The notes under the pieces: generated by a model
The model's database searches: none
Told to the model about the DNA's origin: nothing
What the model saw: only the letters and a program-made list of their open reading frames with translations
Source: an uncultured Actinomycetota bacterium
Lineage (GTDB): Bacteria > Actinomycetota > Geothermincolia > Geothermincolales > RBG-13-55-18
Direction of reading: 5' to 3'
NCBI GenBank assembly: GCA_964510515.1
Contig: CAZEAU010000008.1
Coordinates: forward strand, 5,379-69,378
DNA length: 64,000 nucleotides
Part shown: positions 40,111 through 50,572 of the stretch, one piece after another
Layout: each line of letters starts with the position of its first letter
Numbering within the stretch: position 1 is the stretch's first letter
Position numbers and translations under genes: made by a program

Positions 40111-41384
40111 CTCCGCCTCCCGCCCTCGCCCTCCACGGCCCGCACCTCCACGGCGATGCGCGGCGGGGCCTCCGTCTCCCGCGGTCCCACCCTGGCGTGC
40201 ACCATCTCCGGGGGTCGCACCATCCTCGCCTTGCGGGAATAGACCTCCTCGCCGGAGGCCATCACCACCGCCCGCGCCTCCCTCTCCGGGCGCTCCACGC
40301 GGAAGTAGAAATCCGCCCCCTCCCCCAGGCCCTCCACCAGCTGCGGGAGCACGAATCTCACATTCCTGCCGGCCTCGACGCGCGCGCAGGGCCCCCGCCT
40401 GCGCCCGGCGAGCACGAACTCCGCCGCCCCCCTCCCCGCCGTCTCCGACGTGCGCGTCACCCAGTCCACGAGGTCGAAGACGCCCACCACGTTGCCGCAG
40501 GCGAAGATGCCCGGAACCGAGGTCTGCATGCGCTCGTCCACCACGGGGCCGGAGGTGACCGGGTCCAGCTCCACGCCGGCCTGCTTGGAGAGCTCGTTCT
40601 CGGGGATGAGCCCCACGGAGAGGAGCAGGGTGTCGCAGGGCACGCGCCGCCCGCTCTCCACGCGCGGCCTGAGGTTCTCGTCCACCGCGGCCACCGTCAC
40701 CGCCTCCACCCGCTTGCGGCCGTGGACGAAGATGACGGTATGGGAGAGGTGCAGGGGGATGTCGTAGTCGTGCAGGCATTGCACCACGTTGCGGGTGAGC
40801 CCCCCGGGCTGGTCCAGGAGCTCATAGACCCCCTCCACCTCCGCGCCCTCCAGGGTGAAGCGGCGGGCCATGATGAGCCCGATGTCCCCCGAGCCGAGTA
40901 TGACCACCCTGCGCCCCGGCATGACCCCGTCGATGTTGATGTCCCTCTGGGCGGCCCCGGCGCAGATGACCCCCGCGGGCCGGTACCCCGGTATCATCAC
41001 CTGGTGGCGCGTGCGCTCGCGGCACCCCATGGCCAGGATGACCGTCTCGGGCTCGAGCTCGAACACGCCCTCGCGCGAGTTGACCGCGGCGATGCGGCGG
41101 TCCGCCCCCATCTCCAGGACCATGGTGTCCAGCATAACCTCGATGCCCGCCCGCTCCACGCGGTCGATATAGCGCTGGGCGTACTGCGGCCCGGTGAGCA
41201 CCTCGCCGAAGACCATGGAGCCGAAGCCGTCGTGAATGCACTGCGGCAGTATGCCCCCCAGCTCGATATCCCTCTCGATGAGCACCACATCGCGCAGGCC
41301 CGCCTCGCGCGCCGCCAGCGCCGCCGCCAGCCCCGCGGGGCCCCCGCCCACCACCGCGCACTGCGGCTTTCCCGCCACCCTCAT
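40107..41384 (-). CDS. NAD(P)/FAD-dependent oxidoreductase
   Basis: GGGPAG, LGGILPQCIHDGFG, MGCRERTR, GSGDIG. Confidence 0.88.
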   Translation of the reverse strand: MRVAGKPQCAVVGGGPAGLAAALAAREAGLRDVVLIERDIELGGILPQCIHDGFGSMVFGEVLTGPQYAQRYIDRVERAGIEVMLDTMVLEMGADRRIAAVNSREGVFELEPETVILAMGCRERTRHQVMIPGYRPAGVICAGAAQRDINIDGVMPGRRVVILGSGDIGLIMARRFTLEGAEVEGVYELLDQPGGLTRNVVQCLHDYDIPLHLSHTVIFVHGRKRVEAVTVAAVDENLRPRVESGRRVPCDTLLLSVGLIPENELSKQAGVELDPVTSGPVVDERMQTSVPGIFACGNVVGVFDLVDWVTRTSETAGRGAAEFVLAGRRRGPCARVEAGRNVRFVLPQLVEGLGEGADFYFRVERPEREARAVVMASGEEVYSRKARMVRPPEMVHARVGPRETEAPPRIAVEVRAVEGEGGRRR

Positions 41385-42937
41385 CGCGCCCCGCCCCCCA
41401 GGAGCTCCTTGGCCATGCCCAAATAGAGCGGGGAGCCCTCCCCGTCCTTGGTCACCGCGGTGACCGGGATGCCCAGCTCCGCGGCGAGGATGGCGGCCAC
41501 GCGGTTGCCGCAGAAGCCGCCCTGGCAGCGCCCCATGCCGGTGCGCGTGCGCCGCTTCACCGCGTCCATGTTCACGGCGGGTATGAGGGAATGCACGGCG
41601 TTCACCACCTCCATCTCGGTCACCGTCTCACAGCGGCAGATAACGTGCCCCCAGCGGGGGTCCTCACGGATGAGGCGGTTGCGCTCCTTCCGCGGCAGCT
41701 CGGAGAACTTGGGCGCGGGCGGCGCCGGGGGGTCGAAGTCCGGGCGCGGCTCGCGCGGCAGGCCCAGCTCGTGCAGGATCTCCAGCGCCATCTCCGCGAT
41801 GGCGGGCGCGGAGGCGAGGCCGGGGGACTGTATGCCGGCCACGTTTACGAAACCGCGCACCTCCTCCGAGGCGGCGATGACGAAGTCCTCCTCCAGGGTG
41901 GGGGCGCGGATGCCGCTGAAGGCGGAGATGAGGGCGTCGCGGGGAAAGTTGGGGAGCAGGTAATGGAACCTCTCGAAGATCTCCTCTATCTCGTCGGCTC
42001 CGATGGAGGTGTCCTGCTTGTCCGCGGTCTCGATGGCCGTGGGGCCCAGCTGCAGGTTGCCCTCCGCGGTGGGCATGGCCCCCCCGCCCTTGCTCTGGGT
42101 GGTCCTCTGCCCCGGCAGGCGGAACTCCGCCACGCTGGCGCGCACGTATTCCGCCGTCACCTGGCGGTCGAAGAGCAGGGTGGCCCCCTTGCGGGGGTGG
42201 ATGACGAAACCCCCCGCGCCGGCCATGTCGGCCACCTCGTCGGCGAAAACGCCCGCGGCGTTGACCACCAGGGGGGTCGCTATCTCGCCCCGCCGGGTGA
42301 GCACCCCCCTCACCTCCCCCCCCGAGACCCGGAAGCCCGTGACCTCGGTGCCCAGGCAGACGCGCGCGCCGTTGACGACCGCGTGCTCGGCCAGGGCGAT
42401 GGTCAGCTTATAGGGGCTGATGAGGCCGTAAGTGGGGTCGAAGACCCCGGCCACCGCCTCGCGGGTCACGTTGGGCTCCATCAGGAAGACCTCGTCCCGG
42501 CTGAGCGCGCGCAGCCCGCCGATGCCCGCGCTCTCGCCGTAGGCGATGATGGCCTCGGGTATCTTGCGCGTGAGGACATCCTCGCGCTCGGGCTCGCCCA
42601 TGCCCGTCGTCCCGGGCGGGATGGTGCGCTGGGTGATGACCAGGAGCATGCCCTGCCGCTTCAGCTTCACCCCCAGGCCGCGCACGAAATCGTCGTAGAG
42701 GCGGTTGCCGCGCACGTTGAGCTTCTGCTTGAGGGTGCCGGCGTCCTCGCCGATGCCCGAGTGCACCTCGGCGTTGTTGGCCTTGCTGGCCCCGCAGGCC
42801 ACGTCGTCCTCCTTCTCCAGGACCACGATGTCCGAGACGTACTTGGACGCCTCCCTGGCGATGGAGCAGCCGATGACCCCGGCCCCCACGACGACCATGG
42901 CGGCACGCTCGGGGAGGGGTTGTCCTGCGATCGGCAA
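41381..42937 (-). CDS. GlpA/LhgO-like FAD oxidoreductase with C-terminal BFD-like [2Fe-2S] domain
   Basis: [34 protein letters not shown]. Confidence 0.88.
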   Translation of the reverse strand: MPIAGQPLPERAAMVVVGAGVIGCSIAREASKYVSDIVVLEKEDDVACGASKANNAEVHSGIGEDAGTLKQKLNVRGNRLYDDFVRGLGVKLKRQGMLLVITQRTIPPGTTGMGEPEREDVLTRKIPEAIIAYGESAGIGGLRALSRDEVFLMEPNVTREAVAGVFDPTYGLISPYKLTIALAEHAVVNGARVCLGTEVTGFRVSGGEVRGVLTRRGEIATPLVVNAAGVFADEVADMAGAGGFVIHPRKGATLLFDRQVTAEYVRASVAEFRLPGQRTTQSKGGGAMPTAEGNLQLGPTAIETADKQDTSIGADEIEEIFERFHYLLPNFPRDALISAFSGIRAPTLEEDFVIAASEEVRGFVNVAGIQSPGLASAPAIAEMALEILHELGLPREPRPDFDPPAPPAPKFSELPRKERNRLIREDPRWGHVICRCETVTEMEVVNAVHSLIPAVNMDAVKRRTRTGMGRCQGGFCGNRVAAILAAELGIPVTAVTKDGEGSPLYLGMAKELLGGGAR

Positions 42938-43188
42938 AGCCCGCGCCTCCCTTCCTCGTCGCCCTCGTTGGCGGCTTCCCGCGCCGCGGGCGGCCGCGCA
43001 TCTTCTTTTTCCTTATTCTACCCCCCGGCGCCGCGAGCGTCCCCCGCCTTTTGCCGGCCTGTCCGACCGCCGCGGGGGCGGGGCGGAGAGGGCGCCCAAC
43101 GCCCGCGGCGGCAGCGACCGCCGCGCAGCGCCCGCGCGGGTTGACGCGCGACATCGCCGCGGCCCGCCGGCTGCGCTATATTGAGGTC

Positions 43189-43560
43189 ATGAAGAAAAAG
43201 GCGCTTACGCGGGAGGAGGAGCGGGTCATCATCCACGGCGGCACGGAGATGCCTTTCGTGGGGGAATACACCGACCTCTTCGCCCCCGGCATCTACACGT
43301 GCAGGCAGTGCGGGGCGGCGCTTTACCGCTCGCAGGACAAGTTCCATTCCGGCTGCGGCTGGCCCAGCTTCGACGACGAGGTCCCGGGGGCGGTGGAGAG
43401 GAAGCCGGATCCCGACGGCATGAGGACGGAGATAGTCTGCGCCGCCTGCGGCGGGCACCTGGGACATCTTTTCCACGGCGAGGGCTTGACCCCCAAGAAT
43501 ACCCGCCACTGCGTCAACTCCGTCTCCATGAGGTTCATCCCCCATGACGACGCCGAATAG
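43189..43560 (+). CDS. msrB: Methionine-R-sulfoxide reductase
   Basis: [23 protein letters not shown]. Confidence 0.95.
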   Translation: MKKKALTREEERVIIHGGTEMPFVGEYTDLFAPGIYTCRQCGAALYRSQDKFHSGCGWPSFDDEVPGAVERKPDPDGMRTEIVCAACGGHLGHLFHGEGLTPKNTRHCVNSVSMRFIPHDDAE

Positions 43561-44074
43561 CCGCGAGACCATAGTCCTCGGCGGGGGATGCTTCTGGTGC
43601 ACCGAGGCGGTGCTGGGCACCGTGCCCGGGGTGCTCGGCGTGACCCCCGGTTACGCCGGCGGCCACGCTCCCGACCCTACCTACCGCCAGGTGTGCGGCG
43701 GGGAGACCGGCCATGCCGAGGTAGTGGAGGTGGAATACGACCCCACGGCGGTACGGCTGGAGGACATCCTGGAGGTCTTTTTCGCCACCCACGACCCCAC
43801 CTCCCTCAACCGCCAGGGCGCCGATGTGGGCACCCAGTACAGGTCCATCGTCCTCTACGATTCGCCGCGCCAGAAGGAGGCGGTGGAGAGGTTCATCGCC
43901 GGCATCGCCGGGAAATACGACCGCCGGGTCGTCACCGAGGTGAGGGAGCTGGAGAGGTTCTATCCCGCGGAGGAATGCCACCGGCGCTACTACGCCAGGA
44001 ACCGGGACCAGCCCTACTGCCGCGCCGTCATCTCCCCCAAGCTGGCCGCGCTGCGGCGCGGGCGCCCCGGCTGA
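43544..44074 (+). CDS. msrA: Methionine-S-sulfoxide reductase
   Basis: [25 protein letters not shown]. Confidence 0.95.
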   Translation: MTTPNSRETIVLGGGCFWCTEAVLGTVPGVLGVTPGYAGGHAPDPTYRQVCGGETGHAEVVEVEYDPTAVRLEDILEVFFATHDPTSLNRQGADVGTQYRSIVLYDSPRQKEAVERFIAGIAGKYDRRVVTEVRELERFYPAEECHRRYYARNRDQPYCRAVISPKLAALRRGRPG

Positions 44075-44098
44075 GAGGCGGAGGGGGGCTTTGCGCCC

Positions 44099-45070
44099 TC
44101 ACCTGCCGAAGCGGATGGCGAACCTCACGTTCCTGTGCGCCCTGTCGGCGGCTTCCCGGACCAGGACGTCCTCGTCGGCCAGGGTCTCTTCCAGCGCCTG
44201 CAGCGACCGCTCGTCCTTGAGTATCCCCAGGGACTTTACCGCCCCCAGGCGGACGTAGCGGTTCTCGTCCCCCAGCACCGCGATGAGCTCCGGGACCGCG
44301 TTGCGGTCGCCGATGACCCCCAACGCCTCCGCAGCCTTCCACCTCACGTGCGGGTGACCGTCGCGCAGCGCCGCCATCAGCGAGCCCACCGCCCTGCGGT
44401 CGCCTATCCTGCCCAGGGCGGTGGCCGCCCTCCACTTGGAGCGCAGGGTGCCGCTCTCCAGCTCCTCCATGAGCAACCCGACCGCCTGCGAGCCCATGAG
44501 CTCGCAGGCCTCCAGCGCCCCCCAGCGCACGCGCAGGCGTTCGTCGTCCAGGGAGCCCACCAGGGACCTTATCGCCGGCTGCCCCATCTTGACCAGGGCG
44601 TCCAGCGCCCGCTTGCGCACGCGCAGACTTTTATCGTCCATGGCGTCGATAAGGGGCCTGACCGCGGGGTAGCCCATGATGGCCAGGGACTTGGAGGCGA
44701 TCCAGCGCACGTTGACGTCGTTGTCCTTGAGGATCTCGATCAGGGGGGGTATGGCCCTCGCATCCCGCATCTTCCCCAACACCCCCGCGGCCTCGGCCCG
44801 GGTGTACTTGTTCTCGGCATCCAGGGCTTCGAGCAGGTAGTCGGCCACGGATTCCCCCATGTCCAGCAGAGAATCCGCGGCCGCCCACCTCACGCGCTCA
44901 TGCTTGTCCGAGAGGACGCCGATGAGCGCCCTGGCGGCGCTGCGGCTCTTGTGCCTGCCCAGCTCCTTCGCCGCCCTGAGGCGGATTCCGGGGTCCTCAT
45001 CCTCCAGGTCCTTCATCAGCTCCTGGGTGCGGTCCTCCTTCATGATGTTGAACGGGTTCATGTCAAACAC
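44099..45070 (-). CDS. HEAT/PBS-lyase repeat protein, paralogue of 28532-29518
   Basis: HEAT units colinear with the other copy; start approximate. Confidence 0.88.
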   Translation of the reverse strand: MFDMNPFNIMKEDRTQELMKDLEDEDPGIRLRAAKELGRHKSRSAARALIGVLSDKHERVRWAAADSLLDMGESVADYLLEALDAENKYTRAEAAGVLGKMRDARAIPPLIEILKDNDVNVRWIASKSLAIMGYPAVRPLIDAMDDKSLRVRKRALDALVKMGQPAIRSLVGSLDDERLRVRWGALEACELMGSQAVGLLMEELESGTLRSKWRAATALGRIGDRRAVGSLMAALRDGHPHVRWKAAEALGVIGDRNAVPELIAVLGDENRYVRLGAVKSLGILKDERSLQALEETLADEDVLVREAADRAHRNVRFAIRFGR

Positions 45071-45389
45071 GTCCAGCTTTCCTCCCCTCCGCTCTTCCGC
45101 ACAAAAAACGCCCCGCGAGGGGCCTCGAACCCTTGCCTGCGTCCGCATCATGACCCTGGTCCTTGCCTGCGCCCACATTATAACTCTAACAGAAGGGTTC
45201 CCCCGCGCGGGAGAGGACAAACAAGGAGCGCACGGGGGTCTTCCCACGGAGCACTCGTCTCCGGCGCGCCCCGCCTCGCCGCGCCCAGGAAGGTCGTGGG
45301 GGGCTTGGGGGCGGCGGGGCGGGTGCTACAATGTGTAAATGCAAGTGCGGGATGGGTCGCCGGCGGCACAAGCGGGCGGAGCGGTTGCC

Positions 45390-46898
45390 GTGAGAAGAAT
45401 CGCGAAGAGGGCGCATCTGCGGACAGCCCTGCCCGCGGCCCTTTGTGCTCTGGCCGCCCTGTGCGCGCTCGCGGCGGCCTGCATCCCCGCAGCCGCGGCG
45501 CAGAGGGCGGTTCTGCCCGCCCTGCCGCCCGAGCCCGAGGGGGGAAGCGGCGAGCCCGCCCCCTCCCTGGACGAGCGGCTGCGGGAGCTGGCGCAGGGCG
45601 CCGGGGGCGAGTACGGCATCTATCTCAGCGCGTTGCAGACGGGAGAGCATGCGGGGTATCAGGAGGACAAGCCCTTCTACGCCGCCAGCTGCTACAAACT
45701 CTTCCAGGTCATGTACATCTACGAGAGCGCGGCGCGCGGCAGGATAGACCTCGGCCGCGCCATCGCCTGCGGGGAGGGCGATATCGAGGGGGAGGCGGGG
45801 GTCATACAGCATCGATCCCTGGGCACGGCCTACACCACGCGGGAGCTGTGCAGGTACGCCATCACCTACAGCGACAATACGGCGGCGAGGATGCTGCGCA
45901 GGGTCTATGGGTACGCGCCCTACCGCGATTACGCCGCCTCCATCGGCTGCAGCGTGAGCGGCCGCTATGGCGGCAACCTCACCACCGCCCGCGAGATGGG
46001 CATCCTGCTCATGCGCGTCCATCAGTTCGCCTCCGTGAGCCCGCTGGGCCAGGAGGTGGTCTCCTTCCTGGAGGAGAGCGTGCAGGACTGGCGCATCCCC
46101 GCCGGGCTTCCCGAGGGCGTGAGGGTGGGCAACAAGACGGGCGACTATCTCGGCTACGCAAACGACGCCGCCCTGGTCTTCGCGGAGGGCCTCACCTACG
46201 TGCTCTGCGTCCTCTCCAGCGGCGCACCGGGAAACCGCGTGCACACCGAGGCCTCGCGCCTGGTCTATGAGCACCTGGCGCAAGGGCCCGGGGGGGAGGG
46301 AGCCCGCGGCGCAGAAGCGCCCGCGCCGTACGTGCGGCATTTTTTCGCCCACCTCCCCGCGCCTCCGGACAGCGAGACCTGGCTGCGCCTGAGCAACGAC
46401 GCCGCCTGCACGGCCGCCGTCGCGCTCAAGCTCTCGGGCGGGGACCTCGCCCTTGCGCAGTGGAGATTGTACGCGCCCTCGCGCAGCGAGATGACCTTAT
46501 GCCCGGCTGGGATGTGGAGGGGCGGAGGGGAGTGCGTCCTCTCGCTGTCCTCCCCGGCGCCCATACGGGCGGAGCTTCTGACCTACCGCGAAGGCGGCGG
46601 CGGATGGGAGCTCGCGGGCCGCTCCGCCGGGCTGGAACATGCGGCGACGGAGCTCTGCCTCGTGGCTGACGCCGGCGCGCAGGGACCGCAAACGCGGCTC
46701 CACCTCTTCAACCCGGGGGCGGCGGCGGAGTGCACGGTTTACGGCGTCGCGGAGAGCGGGGCCGTGAAGGCGCCGCTCACCCTCCCCCCCGGAGGCATCT
46801 GCTCGCTGCCGGTCGAGCAGCTCACCGGCGGCGGCGTCTTCGCCCTCTACGTCCTCGCCGACGCGCCCCTCGTCGCCGAGGCAGCCCCCGCCCCCTAG
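45390..46898 (+). CDS. Secreted class A beta-lactamase-like serine hydrolase with extra C-terminal domain
   Basis: Signal peptide; SCYK (SxxK), SDN and KTG motifs. Confidence 0.8.
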   Translation: MRRIAKRAHLRTALPAALCALAALCALAAACIPAAAAQRAVLPALPPEPEGGSGEPAPSLDERLRELAQGAGGEYGIYLSALQTGEHAGYQEDKPFYAASCYKLFQVMYIYESAARGRIDLGRAIACGEGDIEGEAGVIQHRSLGTAYTTRELCRYAITYSDNTAARMLRRVYGYAPYRDYAASIGCSVSGRYGGNLTTAREMGILLMRVHQFASVSPLGQEVVSFLEESVQDWRIPAGLPEGVRVGNKTGDYLGYANDAALVFAEGLTYVLCVLSSGAPGNRVHTEASRLVYEHLAQGPGGEGARGAEAPAPYVRHFFAHLPAPPDSETWLRLSNDAACTAAVALKLSGGDLALAQWRLYAPSRSEMTLCPAGMWRGGGECVLSLSSPAPIRAELLTYREGGGGWELAGRSAGLEHAATELCLVADAGAQGPQTRLHLFNPGAAAECTVYGVAESGAVKAPLTLPPGGICSLPVEQLTGGGVFALYVLADAPLVAEAAPAP

Positions 46899-46960
46899 CC
46901 GGTTCGGCCGCTACCGCGGCCGCACTCCGCCTCTGTATATAATGGTGGCCGGGTGATGAG

Positions 46961-48106
46961 ATGGACGAGTCAGCAAACGGTGTGCGCGACATGCTGCGCA
47001 GCGAGGCCTGCGGCTTCGCGGCGCGCGTCCTGCGCGGCGGGGGCGAAGGGCGCATGAGGGACCCCGTGCGCCTCATGGAGATGCTCGCGCAAACGGCGGC
47101 GGCGGGGTACCCGGGCCTGCTCATACCCGCCTCGTGCGGCGGCGAGGGCGGCGGCCTGCTGGAGGCCTGCATCGTGGTCGAGGAGGTCGCGGCCGAGGAG
47201 CCCAGCCTGGCCCTCATGCTCGTCCACCACCTCTCCTGCGCGCTCGGCATCGTGCTCTGGGCGGGAGAGGGGCAGAGGCTGCGCTTCCTCCCGCCGCTGT
47301 GTTCGCTGCGCAGCGTGGGGGCCGTGGCCCTCACCGAGCCCGAGGCGGGAAGCGACCTCGCGGCCGTCAAGGCGAGCCTGCAGAGAAGGGGCGGGCATCT
47401 CGTGCTCGACGGCAACAAGTGCTTCGTCACCAACACCGGGGAGGGCATCGACGCCCTGGTGCTGGGTTTCTTCCGCGATGCCTCGGGCCTGGCCTGCGCC
47501 CTGGTCCCCTCCTCGGCCCCCGGGTTCCACCTTGCCCACCACTACCGCTTCGCGGGCTGGGAGGGCCTTCCCAATCACGCCATCGTCCTGCAGGGCTGCC
47601 TTGTCCCCGCCGACCACCTCGTCGCGGAACGCCTGGAGGACGAGGGTTACCGGCGCTGGTGGGACGGCTCGATGCTGCTGGTCACGGCCCTGGCGGTGGG
47701 CATGATGAGGGCCTGCAGGGAGAAGGCGGTGCGCTACTGCGGCGAGCGCCGCCAGTTCGGCAAAAGGCTGCTCGAACACCAGGCCCTGCGTTTGCGCATC
47801 TCCGATATGGCGGTCTGCGAGACCCTGGCCAGGACGGGTATGGAGCTCGCCGCCGCGCGCTTGGACGCGGGAGCGTCCTGCCACGACGAGGTGTGCATGC
47901 TCAAACTCTTCGCCACCGGGCGCCTGGAGGAGGTCGCCTCGTCGGCGGTGGAGATGGCGGGGGGATACGGGTACACCCTCGACAGCGGCCTTTCCGCGCT
48001 CTACCGCGACGCCAAGGGGTTGCAGCTGCTGTGGGGAACGCGGGAGATGATGCGCCTGGAGATAGCCCGCTCGCTGGACGCGCCGCCGCACTCATCCCGC
48101 TCCTGA
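46961..48106 (+). CDS. Acyl-CoA dehydrogenase-like protein (degenerate)
   Basis: ALTEPEAGSD, GNKCFVTN, ERRQFGK, GGYGY. Confidence 0.82.
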   Translation: MDESANGVRDMLRSEACGFAARVLRGGGEGRMRDPVRLMEMLAQTAAAGYPGLLIPASCGGEGGGLLEACIVVEEVAAEEPSLALMLVHHLSCALGIVLWAGEGQRLRFLPPLCSLRSVGAVALTEPEAGSDLAAVKASLQRRGGHLVLDGNKCFVTNTGEGIDALVLGFFRDASGLACALVPSSAPGFHLAHHYRFAGWEGLPNHAIVLQGCLVPADHLVAERLEDEGYRRWWDGSMLLVTALAVGMMRACREKAVRYCGERRQFGKRLLEHQALRLRISDMAVCETLARTGMELAAARLDAGASCHDEVCMLKLFATGRLEEVASSAVEMAGGYGYTLDSGLSALYRDAKGLQLLWGTREMMRLEIARSLDAPPHSSRS

Positions 48107-48170
48107 CCGCCCTCCCCGCGAAGCGGGCGGGGCGGGCTCCCGGGCAGAAAAGGGGGGACGGCCTGCGGTC

Positions 48171-48653
48171 TCAGCGCCCGCCGCGCCAGCGGTGACCCCC
48201 GCCGCGGACGCCGCTTCCCCGCGCGGGCCGCGCGGAGCCGCGGGATGCCCTGCTTGCCGCCCTCGTCCACCTTGTGCTGACGCCGCTTCCCCGCACGGGC
48301 CGCGCGGAGCCGCGGCCCGCGAACCTGGCGATCAACCGGTACAGCGCCGGGACGAGGACCGCCGCGACCGCGACCTTCTGCTCCCTGGCGAGAAGGGGCC
48401 GCGCCCTGATGGCGGACACCGGCCGCGCCTCCGCTCGGGGCTCCGCAAGAGGCCGACCTGCCGTGCGCGGAGCCGGAAGCTCCTCGTACTCGTAGATGGC
48501 GCCCTGGGGGCAGGACTCGGCGCAGGAGCCGCACGAGGTGCACAAGCCCTGGATTATCTCCGCCGTCTGACCCTGCATGCGGATAGCCCCGCTGGGACAG
48601 CTCTCCAGGCACAGGCTGCACCCCGTGCACAGTTCCTCGTCAACCGTAAACAT
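48171..48653 (-). CDS. 2x[4Fe-4S] ferredoxin-like protein with Arg/Gly-rich tail
   Basis: CTGCSLCLESCP and CTSCGSCAESCP. Confidence 0.82.
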   Translation of the reverse strand: MFTVDEELCTGCSLCLESCPSGAIRMQGQTAEIIQGLCTSCGSCAESCPQGAIYEYEELPAPRTAGRPLAEPRAEARPVSAIRARPLLAREQKVAVAAVLVPALYRLIARFAGRGSARPVRGSGVSTRWTRAASRASRGSARPARGSGVRGGGHRWRGGR

Positions 48654-48684
48654 GCTCAAGACACCCCGGTGCGGCCGCATGCGC

Positions 48685-49944
48685 TCAATGGTCGCAGACA
48701 TTGTCGCCCAACTCCAGGGAACCGGCGACATATTCCTTCACCGCCCGCAGGGGCTCGATGGCCGGCGCGCCGCAGACCACCCTCACCCCGCTCTGGGCGA
48801 ATATCTGCTGGGCCCTCGCCCCCATGCCTCCGGCGATCACCGTCTTCACGCCCTTTTCCGCCAGCCAGCGCGGCAGCAGCCCGGGCTCGTGCGGCGGGGC
48901 GTTGCACACCTCCTTGACCGCCGGCTCTCCTCCGTCGACGGCCTGCACCAGGGTGAATTTCTCGCAGTGCCCGAAGTGCGCACACAACAGGCCATCCTGG
49001 GTGGGAACCGCGTATATCTCCATGCCTTCCTCCTCGCCTTCTTTCGCTCCTCCGGGGCTTTCGCCCGCGCCCGCCGCGGCGCTCTCCGTTTTTTCGCCGC
49101 CCGAGGTCAGGGCCACCACCCTGTCCACCATGCCGTCGAGTATGGGAGCCACTGCGGGCAGGTCGCGGTAATGGCCCTTCTTGGCCCCGCCGCGATCCGC
49201 CCAGGCCGCGAACTCCGCGTCCAGGGGAAGGGAGGCCAGCAGCTCCACCTGCATCTTCTCCGTCATCTCCGCGGCCCCGCCACTCCCGAAGATGTCCACG
49301 CTCTCCCCGCAGTGAGGGCAGACGAGGCCGCTCATGTTCTCCACCACCCCCAGCATGCGCATGCCGATGCGGCGGCAGAAAACGATGGACTTGCGCACGT
49401 CCGCTATGGCCAGTTCCTGGGGCGTGGTCACCACCAGCCCCCACGCATCCGGTATCAGCTGCGCCACGCTGAGCGGCTCGTCTCCGGTGCCGGGGGGGGA
49501 GTCTATGACCAGGTAATCGAGTTCGCCCCAGTGGATATCCTCCATGAACTGCCTGATGGCCGTCATCTTCAGGGGGCCCCTCCAGATGACCGCGCTGTCA
49601 TTATCTTCCATGAACAGTCCGATGGATATCACCTTGAGGTTGCCGGCCACGCTGAAGGGGAAGATCCCGCTCTCATCGCCGCTGACCCTCTCGCCCACCA
49701 GCCCGAATATCACCGGTATGCTGGGGCCGTGGAAATCCACGTCCATGACCCCCACCTTGTAGCCGCGCTCCGCCAGGCCCAGGGCCAGGGACGCCGCCAC
49801 CGAGCTCTTGCCCACCCCGCCTTTTCCGCTGAGCACCATGATTTTATTCTTAACACCCGCGAAATTCGGATGCTGCGACGGCTTCGCCTGTTCTCCACAG
49901 TCTCCTTTACAATCTCCTTTACATGCTGTCACTTTATCTCGCAT
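48685..49944 (-). CDS. Mrp/NBP35 Fe-S carrier ATPase fused to a NifB/NifX-like (ORP) domain
   Basis: SGKGGVGKS, DSPPGTGD, CPHC; C-terminal CAHFGHC...GGMG...CDH. Confidence 0.9.
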   Translation of the reverse strand: MRDKVTACKGDCKGDCGEQAKPSQHPNFAGVKNKIMVLSGKGGVGKSSVAASLALGLAERGYKVGVMDVDFHGPSIPVIFGLVGERVSGDESGIFPFSVAGNLKVISIGLFMEDNDSAVIWRGPLKMTAIRQFMEDIHWGELDYLVIDSPPGTGDEPLSVAQLIPDAWGLVVTTPQELAIADVRKSIVFCRRIGMRMLGVVENMSGLVCPHCGESVDIFGSGGAAEMTEKMQVELLASLPLDAEFAAWADRGGAKKGHYRDLPAVAPILDGMVDRVVALTSGGEKTESAAAGAGESPGGAKEGEEEGMEIYAVPTQDGLLCAHFGHCEKFTLVQAVDGGEPAVKEVCNAPPHEPGLLPRWLAEKGVKTVIAGGMGARAQQIFAQSGVRVVCGAPAIEPLRAVKEYVAGSLELGDNVCDH

Positions 49945-49972
49945 CCCCTTTCCTTGTCGTTATTATCAACCC

Positions 49973-50383
49973 CTACTCGCCGTCCCCGCAGCGCTGGTCC
50001 CGCTTGGGCCGGCGGATGCGGTCCGGGTTCTCCTTGAGCTCGCCCTTTAAGTAACAGGCCAGCGCCTCCTGCGTCAATTCCTCGTCCGTGGCGATGGGGA
50101 GCACGTCCCTGCGCAGCATCCCCACGTAGGCATTCTCTCCCATGCCCCCGCAGATGACCACGCGCACGTCCGGGAGGAGCTTCTCCAGCAGCTCCCAGCA
50201 GCCCGCCTGGGTATCCTCCTCTCCCCTCGCACATTCCATGCGGTTCACCCGGAACTCTTCGTCGGTGACCTTGCCTTTCGTCACCGTATAGACGGCGAAA
50301 AGCGGCGCCGCGCCGAAATGGCATGCTATCACCTTGCCGTTCTCGGTGGCCACCGCGACCTTGTGCTCCTGGTGGAGGATCAT
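49973..50383 (-). CDS. NifB/NifX-family (ORP-like) protein
   Basis: VAVAT, HFGAAP, ICGGMG. Confidence 0.8.
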   Translation of the reverse strand: MILHQEHKVAVATENGKVIACHFGAAPLFAVYTVTKGKVTDEEFRVNRMECARGEEDTQAGCWELLEKLLPDVRVVICGGMGENAYVGMLRRDVLPIATDEELTQEALACYLKGELKENPDRIRRPKRDQRCGDGE

Positions 50384-50572
50384 CGCCTTCCCCTCCCAGC
50401 GCTCTTCAGCCTGCGCCATTTCGGCTCTACCCACAGGTAAACGCCAAGGAGCGCCGAGACGAGGCCGGAGTATATGTGCAGCTTTCTCAGAGTTTTTCTC
50501 CTCGGCATCATGCCTCTCATCCTCCAGCCCTCGAGGGGGTCTGCAGGGCGCCCCGACAGTTAATTATAGTCC

